The translations under genes and the position numbers were made by a program. 64,000 nt of DNA, from the NCBI RefSeq assembly GCF_009834535.1, contig NC_045707.1:50780001-50844000 (forward strand), written 5' to 3'. The notes beneath the pieces are model-generated. The model saw only the letters and a program-made list of their open reading frames with translations. It did no database searches and was not told the DNA's origin. The stretch comes from Camelus ferus (lineage: Eukaryota). How positions within the stretch are numbered: position 1 is the first letter of the stretch; the number at the start of each line of letters is the position of its first letter. Positions 1-10,590 of the stretch are shown here, in pieces.

Positions 1-190
1 TCATTCGCCGCCTCGCGCCGGGATCGGGAGCGCCGCGGGAAGCACAGGCCGTGGAGAGAGTGCTGCGCTCGGGCTACCCAATGCGTGGACTATCTGCAGC
101 CGCCTCTCATGCAATATGCTGGAGCTCCAGAACAGCTAAACGGAGTTGCCACACCGCTGCCTGGGCTGGATCACAGCTCTGCCTTTCCTT
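1..190 (+). other. KITLG: KITLG 5' UTR (non-coding part of exon 1; true TSS at or just before the window start)
   Basis: Directly precedes ATGAAGAAGACACAA. It resembles the mammalian SCF cDNA leader as I recall it (GGGCTACCCAATGCGTGGACTATCTGC...GCCTTTCCTTATG). Confidence 0.85.
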
Positions 191-194
191 ATGA
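81..194 (+). other. Upstream ORF, 37 aa (MRGLSAAASHAICWSSRTAKRSCHTAAWAGSQLCLSL*); its TGA overlaps the KITLG start (ATGA)
   Basis: Read directly: ATG at 81, open frame to TGA at 192-194. Translation is not demonstrated. Confidence 0.55.
116..139 (+). other. Short upstream ORF MLELQNS*, in the same frame as the main CDS
   Basis: ATG at 116 with A at -3, TAA at 137-139. Confidence 0.55.
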
Positions 195-205
195 AGAAGA
201 CACAA
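191..205 (+). CDS. KITLG: KITLG coding exon 1 (MKKTQ)
   Basis: ATG AAG AAG ACA CAA followed by the donor gtgagt at 206. This is the standard SCF N-terminus, with a phase 0 intron. Confidence 0.97.
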
Positions 206-862
206 GTGAGTAGGGCACGCCCGGGAGCTCGCCGGCTCTCCAAGGAAATCGCGCCCGGAGGCCGGCGCGTCCCGGCCCCGACTGCCGCGGCGTGAGGGGC
301 TGTGCCTGCCGGACGAGCCTGGAGGGCGCGGGGGAGGCGGGCGTGGCGAGCAAGCCCCAGCCGCCCGGCCTGTGCGTGCCAGGGAGAGGAGACGAGGGAA
401 CCTGTGTCAAGTTTGGAGTCTCTGTGTTTAAGTTGGGAGCTGTCAGTCGGGAACTGCGGTTCCTGTAAGATGAAAGGACCTGCTCTTTGGCCGGAGAGTT
501 TAAGTTACTACGGAAAAGCATGTCTTTGCACGGGAGACATTTTCCCGTGGATTCCGGGGGAGATTACACAACAGCTCCTCACGCCACACGCTGGAGCGCT
601 CGCGCACCCAAATTTTTGTGCAGCCCCCAGTTGGGCACCCGGCTCGTGCGGACTTGGGTGCAGCCGCGGGAACGAAGCCAACCCCGAGTTCCTTAGCGGC
701 CGCACTCGGCTAGGCGGAGAACCTGTCTCGCCAGCCCGGGAAACTTGGCTCCCGCGTGGATCTGCCAGGTTTGCGGCGCTGAGTGAGCTCCCTAGGGAGC
801 TCTAGCTGGGTTAATACCTCCACATTGCACCCACTTTCTTCCACTGCAGAAGAGGAAAAGTT

Positions 863-890
863 TGTGTGTGTGTGTGTGTGTGTATGTGTG
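863..890. repeat. (TG)n microsatellite
   Basis: Visible dinucleotide run at the edge of the CpG island. Confidence 0.95.
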
Positions 891-3679
891 TTAGTGGGCA
901 CCTCTGATGATAGTTATTGAGGTAATTCCCAGTGCTGTAAAACTGTGCATTATATGTAAGCACAGTGGGTAAAGCACCGTCCAGGGGATACAGTTAGATT
1001 TTTTTCCCCCTCGAAGCGGGTGTCTGGCTGGTGCTTTAGAAAGGGCAGCCTCGGTACTCTCATCCATAGTTCTTTTCACCACTGCAGGTCTTACCTCTTC
1101 TCCCTTCTCCTCTTAGAATTTTTCTGTGTATCTACCGCGGGTTGAGTAAGGCTGCCCTTTCACCCCCCAGAGGTTCTGTCGGAGATTGCAATTCCTGAAA
1201 TGTGTGGAAGGGGTAGCAGTGGTGGGGAAATGGGGAATTGGGGGGGGGGATGTTTGTGGGTTTGTGTCAATCTTCAATTTAGAATGAAGGCATCCACGTG
1301 CTGAAAATGCCTTATTTAATGACACACTTCATGTAATATTTTAAATAGATGGCTAGGCCTGGGAAAGAAGTAGGGAGAACCGAGCCCATTGTACCAGGGT
1401 GGAAAAGGGCAGGGGGAAGGGACATTGGCTGGTAGAAAGGTTTGTGTAGTCCCTAGGCAGCTGCCTAAGAAGAGGAGCAGAGGGCAGTTTCCTCTCCTGC
1501 GGGCATGTTGGTTTGTTTATAGGGAAAGCATTGAACGGCCTCACCTGAGATCCACCAGAGAGGGCTATTGACATGCAGATATGAAAGATGGCAACAAAAG
1601 AGAAGTTTAATGTAATTACTTGATCTGTACATGCTTTCTGCTTTATGAAATAAGAAGCATGGGTGAGGAACCCATTCTTTGTTATAGTAGCATCTGCTCA
1701 CGTGAATGGTAGTGGTGAAAGCTGGGTGGAGAAACCGCTACCTTCTAGTTCAGGAAAAGAGCCTAAACCTCCCTATTTAAACAAGATCCCTGGAGACAGA
1801 TCAGGTTAATGACCAACACTCCAAAGTGGGGCGATGTACTATCAAGTCACTTTGAGGGTCAGTCGAATTGATGATCCTTGCACCCTTGCTTTGCAAAACA
1901 AATGTGAGCTCTGTAATCTCCTTTCTCACTTTGATTAAATGGCTGTGTAAATCGGATTACATGGAATAATTCCATTGAAAACTAGAAAGAGGTCAAACTA
2001 GCCTGAAACTCCTCAATGTTAGTGACTCCATGCTGCTGACCAGGGACGATGGAGACAGCTAAGTATTTTAGAAATGTGACCTGCTCGGACAGAGTAAAAG
2101 TGCGAGCCCTTTGGGGGAACTTGCTGATGTTAAAGGGCTTGAGGCAAAGGAGGGCAGCGCCCTTGGTGAATGAAGGCATTCATTGCCTGGGATCTAATGA
2201 CCTTCAAGGTTTCTTTTAAGGATAATTCTAGCAATTCCACATTCTTGCCACTGAAAAAGGGGACCCTGGAAATAGCATGAAATCAATGAAATAATCAGTG
2301 GAAATGGGGGAGGGGAATTAGATCCTCATTCATACTGTTAAATTTTCTAATCCAAAAGTTACAAGGAAATTTCCTGTGCAACTCTGTATGGATGGAGAGT
2401 AACATAAGGAAATCAGACATTAAGAAGTCAGATCAATTGTTCTACTGAATCTAATGTTATACTTGCCAGGGAGGAATATCTGTTAATATTCAATAGTTTA
2501 AATAGTCATTTATAAAGATGGCTTTATCTATTATAAAGCAAACGGTTGTGCACTCTCCCATTACCCAAGATATAAAATACAAAGTTAATAATAATAATGA
2601 TAATAATAATGCACTTTAACTTGAATTATGCAGCTCTCTGAGAATCAGACACCAGGCAGTCTGGCCTTTCAGTTAAGCTGTGTGGAAATTCCGTCAACAA
2701 GCACTTGGGGTTTGGTAAATGATTCTTTCATTTATTTAGCACGTGTGATGGGCTTCAGCATGTGAGAAATAATTACTCCGGCATTAGTCACATGGAGCAA
2801 TTGTAACAATAAGTTTAATCATTAATGACAGAAATGAAAGTATTTTGCATTTTTCAGGTTTCTGATTGTATTTTACTCATCTTGTGCTTTTTTTTTCTGT
2901 TTCTGAAGAAAATTGTGTCTCTAGCTTAGAAAAGAACATCTATTTCAACATAAAATCATTTTTTCATTGTAATGCTGATAAACTAGCATATTAAATAACA
3001 ACTGGGCATCTTAATTTGTAAGGCCAATTAAAAAAGTGCTATCAGTTTAACGGACCTGGCACTGTTTATTGACGTACTTACATTTTGGTTTTTGAGATGG
3101 TTTGTGAGAGTTTTTGTGACTGCTATCAGAAATACTAAAATAGGAAAAATTCATCTGGCAAACAGTGTAGAAAAGGCCATGTTAGGCACACATTAATTCT
3201 CAGAGAAGAAGCAAACAGAATGTTTGTTAGCTTTTGTTATTCCAAAGAAACTATCCCTCTTTTGTCTGTGTGAAGTTTGTCATCTGGGTGATGATGAGAG
3301 TTTATAGAAAAAAAATTAACATTTATGAAAAGAGCATTGTTTTAAATCTTGTCCTTAAAATCACTCCATTTGGAATGTGTGCTATGAATAATCCTAATTT
3401 ATGTAGCTTTTAATTGATACATTCTGCCAAGATTTTTAAACTCGAGTGCTAAGTTGATTACATTTAACATAAAACAAAGGAAATAACCATATGGAAATCT
3501 CAGGGCCTGAGCCAAACCAATTAAAATGGCCAAATTTTAATGGCTGATTTGGAGATAGCAAATTGTGAATCACATTTGTTCTTTAATGATAGGTGATTGA
3601 AATCTTTTCATCACCATCAATAATGTTAAAAAAGAAGAAAAATCCTTTCCCTTCCCCATCCATATCTAGGGAGCACCTC

Positions 3680-3915
3680 AGATACAGTGGGAAGATCCTA
3701 GGCTCTGGCTTTGGAAGACTTTGATTCCAATTCCTGTTTTACCACTGGTGATACAAATGATGTTAGGCAAATGGTGAAACTTCTTGGGGTTTCTATTTTG
3801 TCATCTGCGCAACGATTATAAAATAGTTATAAGGATGTTTTTCTCTACAAGGATTGGTCATAAGGATTAAGTGAGGTTTGATCTGTGTCTGTATCCCAGC
3901 ACAGTGGCTTACTGT
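3680..3915 (+). mobile_element. MIR SINE (degenerate)
   Basis: MIR-core-like sequence (ttaggcaaatggtgaaacttcttggggtttctattttgtcatctg...aaggattaagtgagg). Confidence 0.55.
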
Positions 3916-6900
3916 AGCTACAGTCTGAATTTATTATCTCTGAGAAGAGAATTGCCTGCCCAGCTAACTTTAAAAGCCAGAGAAAACCTAGCTATTGCAG
4001 GTAAATGTTGCTTAACCAGCAAAGCACAGGGATCAAGTTTTTATAAACCAGAATCTGTGGATTCAGTGCCTCCCCTTAGAGGCTGATACCTGTTTTTACC
4101 CATCAAACCAGTAATGTGTGAAAATAAAGGCTGTCTGTGGCATGGGAGATGTTAAAACAATTCTTTAAAGATTTTTTTAAGTGAAAATAAGAAATAAAAT
4201 TTAAAACAGAAATGGGAATATTATCACCATCTCTGAGTCACTTTCCTGTTTCCATACTTTTGCTTTCTAAGTTCCCCTTAGGGTATGTTTCATTTTAGAC
4301 TAAAGAGACTCAGGGTGTTCTTGAACATGCCCTTCTAAGTGAGGACAAGTCTGCAGGGTGTCTTTATTGTTTTTACCAGACAACATGTGGTGACTTTTTT
4401 TTTATTGTTATGCAACTTTTGGAGTTTTTTTTTTTCTTGGTTACCTTAATGTTCCCTTTCGTAAACTAGGGAAAGGCATTTGGATATAAATCTCTCAGGA
4501 GTGATCTTTTATCTTTATTTTTCTAGTACATGAATCATGAGCAACTGCAGGAGACTGTCTTTTTGGTGTTAGTCACCTGTGTAGTCAGAACAATTTATAA
4601 AATAAATTGAAGGAACACCAGGATGCTTTTATAAAATATGCTGTTTTCAGGGTTATTTTGTTTAGACCTTGTCTCATGGAAACCATTGACTGTAGCCTTC
4701 CTGATTTATAGATGCAGAGAGATGTTTTTGTCTTTTCCCTTAACTGTGGGCATACTAAGAACTGTTCACAGGGGCTAGGAGTTGGAGAAAATTACCATTA
4801 TCCCATCTCTACCTATTTCCTTCTGTCCAGAAAAACAGAGGTGGTGGGGGTGATTTTCTTATAATTAGGCCTTGTGGTTCTTTTTCTAAAATCATAATGT
4901 GTGTCATCTAAAGGAAGACTGTCCTTTATGTAACTTTCTTTGTCTTTTGACTACATTTTACTGTTTTTCTAGGCTGCCACATTAACTCGGTTCTTAGAGG
5001 GTGGAATTCTTTTATTGGCCCAGATACTATGTTGTATGTCTGTAGGAAGGCTTTGGAATCTCTGTGGACCTCAGTTTCCTCCCTGTACGATGAGGAAGTA
5101 GGACTAGGTGATTTCTAAGTGCCTTCCAGTTCTAAAATTCTCTATTTCTAAGATACTAGTAAAATAGGTGTTTAAACCAGATGACATTTAAGCTTCCTTT
5201 GGTTCTGAAATTTGTGTAGCCATGGCTTTGGTGTGAATAGAAATTATAACCATTGTTGTATGAAAGGAACCAGCCAGTGGGGAGAATCAAAGGGGATTTA
5301 AATTTAGACTGCTCTACTTCCAGCCTTTTCACCTACTAGATATTTCTCTGTAACAAGAGTGGCATTTCTGTTTTGTGATTTTGGTAATATCCATAGTCGA
5401 AGAGGATCTCTCCTTTCTCTCTTACAACCTTAAGTTCTCTCAGCGAAGAAGAATCATAGGGCAAAGTCAGACACCAGAGGAGGTCAGCTAACAAAAAGGT
5501 CACGAATGCACGCCGCCCCCCCCCCCCCCCCGCCCGCCCCGTGTTTGCTCATCGCCTCTGCCCCTGCAGTCTGCAGTGTCTGTGTCCATGGAGTAGAAAT
5601 GGAGAGAATCTGACCATGGAGTAGAAAGAGCATTTGTGGAGGGAGTCGGATATTCGGGTCCTGCCCTTGGCTCTGGCACTGGGTCTTAGAAGTCTTGGGC
5701 AAGTTTTGGGCAAGTCACCCAGCCTCAGTAGAATCATGCCCTAGAGTTAATCCTGAGAAGATAGTGAAGAGGAGGGGTCTGCACTTAGAGATGCAGAAGC
5801 TGACAAAGGAGGGAGCAGCCCTTCTGCCCCAGGGAAAAACAGTTCCTGTGGGTGGCAAGTGGCCGAGTCTCTCCTTGCCCTGGCTCTTTGCAGGTCCAGT
5901 ACCATCTCTGGCCCACCTCTCATCCACCTCTCTTCCTTAGCTTCTCTCTCCGAGACTATCACAGCTGGGAATCAGAAGCCACTTTTCACATTGTTGACAT
6001 GAGAATATACAAAGATCTGCTGGACCCTTCCTCCAGCTAAGAGACCATGGATTCCTCAGAAAATAGAGCTATGACAATGACAATAATGCTCTTCTGCTCC
6101 AAACACCAACAAAATCTAGTGAGCTACCTACTAGAGCAAAGTTCAGAATGGAGACAATGATCTAGACTATTAAAAAAGCAGCTGCAGCTATCTTTGTTCG
6201 TTATCTGGATGCAGGAATTTACCACTTGACTCTGCAGGTGTAGCAGTTGCCTTGGGGCTTGGAGTGCTGCTGATTAGAATGTAGTCTAAAGGGGGCAGTT
6301 AGGGTGCCTCTTCTGTGTTTCTGGCACAGACAGCAGCTCAAAAATCCAGCCGTTGCCTTGCAAAGAATGCCTTTGCTCTCTAGGGTGACGATGCAAAAGG
6401 GCGCACAAGACAGGAGCAAGAGCAAACCCACCGTCACAGCTCACGTGAAAAAGCAAGCCCTAGCCTCCTTCACCTTTGCAGAAAGGGCATCCCCACTGTA
6501 TACTGTACCCCCGACTGCTGGAGACCAGGGAGGAAAGAGCACAGCCCAGAGGGGGCTGTTGTTTTTCTTGTATACACCTACTCAGTAGCACTCTGTTGCC
6601 CTTTTTAAGAGCAGAAGTTCGTCTTCTAAACAAAAGCCCTGTGGGTGCTTATAACTTTTGCATCTTTTTCACCTTTACATGGAAACTCTGAAACTAAGGA
6701 CCTTTCCATTTAAGTACCTTTGCTAAATTCCAGGACTGAATCACATCTCATAATTGGCTTGTTTCTTCTAAATGCCAGGGTTTGAGCAGTAGTCAACTAG
6801 GTCATCTCCAAAAATTACAGCTTAGTAGTGACTGTCTATTGTGAGGGACCCCTTTGTGGTGTTTTCCACTGTTTATTTGATGTCCCTTTCTCAGAGCTTT

Positions 6901-9900
6901 CTTAGACAACTGCCTTGTGAAAACACAGATTCCTTGATTTCCAAGAAGAGTGTTGCAGAGAAAGTAGGTTGTGTTATAAAGGCCTTGCTCCCCACCTGCA
7001 GTGTGTTGTCCATATGGATAACTGTTAAAATTTATATTCACTGCAGAAATTTAGATGGGAGAGGGGAGGGTAGAGATGTTTCCTATAAATGGTTTCTACT
7101 ATGATCTAGAAAGCTCAAGGATTGAAAAACAAATCTTAGCAGTGACACTTCATTATTTATGGTTCTGTGTAAACCTGCAACTTAATGCTTTTGAAGTAGT
7201 CAACATGTTAGGGATTTCCATTTTTGATGACCAATTAAAACCTCTGTGATTGCTTAAGCTTGAATCTCTGGTGATTTTAGAAAGCTGCTATCTTCAGCTG
7301 GCCCTACCGGGAGATCTCTGATGTGTTCTGTTAGGCAGAGAACTGACCATAACACAGGTCATTCTACTGCTTGTTAGATAAGATCCCAACACAGGAGCCA
7401 GGCCTCCAGGTGGTCCAAAATGGATAGCTAAAAGGCAGGAATAATAAAGTAGTTAGAAAACAATCATGAAAAATCAAAAGGAGGTTATTAGCATGTTTTT
7501 AATACTGGATGAAATTGGTTCTATGTAGAAAAGCACAAAACTACAAAATAGGGTTTATATAATCCTTTAATTGTTTTTGCAATAAATTGTAACAGTTTTG
7601 TTGTTTTTGTTTTTTATAATTCTTAACTGCTGCCCAGAAAAGTATTTTTAAAACTTCAGTGCATGTTTGTTTATAATGTACCATGGCCCATAATAGTACT
7701 CTATCTTAATAATACTATAAAATAGTGGACTTTCCCCACCATTTGAAATTTGGATCTTTTTTATTCTTAAACAATCCCATAGACTTTTAAATCTAAAACC
7801 GATTTGACCATTTATTGTTTGCATTTCTGTGTAAATGTCACACACAAATGATTCAGCTTGAAGGAATGAAATTTACTATAGTATGTGTCAAGCGTTTGAC
7901 ATTTAAATGTGTAGCCATTTTAAATAGCTCTCATGACTGTTTTGTAAAATCAAATCACCCTGATAATAAGATTATGCCAAAATGGCACTTAGTAGAAAAC
8001 AGTTCCAAGCTGAATTAATTAAAATAACTTTTCTTCGGGCAAATAACTTTTCTTCTGGGAGGTCGGCACTATTTTTTTTTTAAGTCCCATTTCACAGATG
8101 AGGAAACTAAGATAAGTTCTTTCCTCTGCCACCTCCATGTGATTACGGCCATGATTAACACCCAAAGATACTTAGCTGGCACAAGCACAGTACATTAGTG
8201 TGGCTTATTCAGTACCTCAAAGATACACATTCTTCTTACAGGAAGAGTGAATCAAAAATAAATGCAACTCAGATATTAAAAACAGCTGCTTATGATAGAA
8301 CTTGTCAACAAAACTTTTGTAATTCCATTTGCCTAGCATAGTGGCTCATAGTAGATGCTCAATAAATACAGATTGAATGTTATGGAATGAATAAATGCCT
8401 GATTTCAGATTGTTGAATACCAAACACCTTTTTTGGAAGCTTTTCCTTTTCTTTCTTTCTTTCTTTTTTCTTTTCTTCTTCTTCTTCATTTTTGTTTGTT
8501 TGTTTGTTTGTTTTTTAGCAGAAGGCAAATTTAAACTACTGTCCTGGCTCTTTTATACACACAGATGTGTTTGGTTGATGACTGGAAGGATTACTTTGTT
8601 CACCATTTACAGCATTAATTTTCAGTGACTATACATTTACTAAGCAAAACTGGAGGGCATGTGAGAAAACAGAAAACATTGGGCTGAGTTATCAAATGTA
8701 GTGGTGGTTCTGCCACTTAATAGCTGTATGTTCTCCACAAGTTTTTCTCTCAGAATTTTACTTTTCCAATCTTGAAAATGGGTGCAGAAGTAACTACCTG
8801 TTGATAGTAATGATGTGATGATTAAGCCAGACAGACTGTGTAAGGGCACAGTAACTTGCACTGAGTTTTATAATCAATTCCTTCTCTGCAAAAGGAGTGA
8901 ATCATGGAACCTTACAGCAAATCCACAGGCTGTGGGACATGAACTCATTGTTAGCAATTTCTGGCTTTGGCTATAGGGCCCGCATGAATAATGAATTAAA
9001 ATAATACTTAGAGATTAATACCTTAACTGCTTTATTTAGTCTGCTTTCTTTAATACTCATAAGCACTCTCAGCAGATTAAATAAAAATTTCCCCCAATTT
9101 TATGTCCTTTATCTTTCTCCCCTTTCTGTGAAATGCAACAGTTATACAAAATGGGGCAAAAGACAGGCTGTTTAAGAAGAAAAAGAATAGCTTATGGATA
9201 AGGAAATAAGGCTAGTAAATAAGTTAATGTCTCTTGATTATTCACCACGGAAGAGGCCAGTGCCATGAACTGCACAAGTATATCTCATCTGTTTCTAGCA
9301 AAAAAAGTTATGAAGTAGATATTATTGATAGCATTTTTCTTTTGACAGATAAGGGAAGTTTCATTCAGAGAGATTAAGAACACTTGCTCAAGATTAAAAA
9401 AAACAAAAACAAAAACAAAAAAAAACCCAAGCAAGTGGAAGGGCTCGGATTTGAAGCCAAACCTGCTTAATTCTAAAGACTAGATTCCACTTAACCGTAT
9501 CAGTGGAATGCCCTCATATTTAGGTGTACGTACATATACATACAATCTGTAAGTCTTGAGCCTTTTTTTCCCCTAAATCTGCATGTGAAAACGATGTCTT
9601 TGGTGTGTTTTTTGAAAAACTGAAGTATAGTTGATTTATAATATGGGGAAGGCTGAGAGCAGGCAAAACCAAGTCCCCGGGGTGAGTGACACATTGCTTC
9701 AGACTCAGCTCTTCAGGACCACCCAGGGTGGAGATGTTGTGAAGAGCAACACCCCTCCACAAGTCAGGGAGCCTAGGCTTGGTCACCGGGCTCTCCCGCC
9801 TCAGTCTCCTTAGCCATCAAGTGCCTGACCATGGTGAGGGAGGCCCTTGGAAATAATAAAAATGCCATTTTATCTTATGGAATGAAGAATTACTGCCAGA

Positions 9901-10364
9901 ACTTTGGTGTCTTTCAAATAAAATTGTACTTTTAAATAAAATTGTACTCAAAATAGGCAGAGGGAAGGTTTTCAAATATTTGAAAATTGTGTTGCAAAAT
10001 CACTTCTTGGGAAAGAAAGATGCTTTGGGGATGACTTTTATCAGTGTGCCCTCTCTTTTCATGCTGTTTCAGAAGGTAATTAAGTGGCTGTGATCATATT
10101 AGAAAACTATTTAATACTAATGTTTTTATGCTTATGTCTGGTTTCTGAAGCCACCAGCCCTTAAAGTTGTGACCTTTGCTTCATAATTCCTTGTCGGTCC
10201 AACTGCATGAATAGTAAAAATTCATTTTCTTCGTTGATGTTACGATTTTTGACACAAATGACTGTTGGAGCACCCTTATCTGCAGTATCACCATGTAATG
10301 TATCAGCTTAGTAGAAATGAAAGTGTTTGCTAGAAGATCCTGTCGTCATCTGAACGCAGGTGAA

Positions 10365-10590
10365 GGAGACAGTATAACAGAGGTGTGATGAACCGCACAG
10401 ACTGCAGTCAGATGGCCCACTTTGCTTGGCTAATCCTCTGAGCCTCAGTTTCCCTACCTGCCAACCAGGGAGCATAGCAGCACATTTCTCCAAGGCAGTT
10501 GTGAAGATTAAATAAAATAATCCACAAAAAGCCCTTAGTCCAATGCCAGACACGTAGGAGAGTCTAAATAAATATTCACTGTGATCATTA
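10365..10590 (+). mobile_element. MIR SINE
   Basis: taatcctctgagcctcagtttccc...gttgtgaagattaaataaaataatccacaaaaagcccttag, a typical MIR core and tail. Confidence 0.7.

Larger units (their letters stand above)
1..800. promoter_or_regulatory. CpG island covering KITLG exon 1 and the start of intron 1
   Basis: Very high GC and CpG density compared with the AT-rich remainder, with GC-box-like motifs (e.g. GGGGGAGGCGGG near 330). The core promoter probably lies just upstream of the window. Confidence 0.85.

Noticed and set aside
302..805. 167-aa ORF (and overlapping ORFs 189..521, 487..696, 508..705) in the CpG island
   Set aside because: Stop-poor GC-rich intronic sequence with mostly non-ATG starts and no recognisable protein family.
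5481..5502. Two AGGTCA nuclear-receptor half-sites
   Set aside because: The direct-repeat spacing of 10 bp is not a standard DR1-5 arrangement, so chance is likely.
8022..8059. Short perfect tandem duplications (also about 9916-9948, 37023-37053 and 54710-54734)
   Set aside because: Two-copy 12-19 bp slippage events are common in introns and carry no evident motif.
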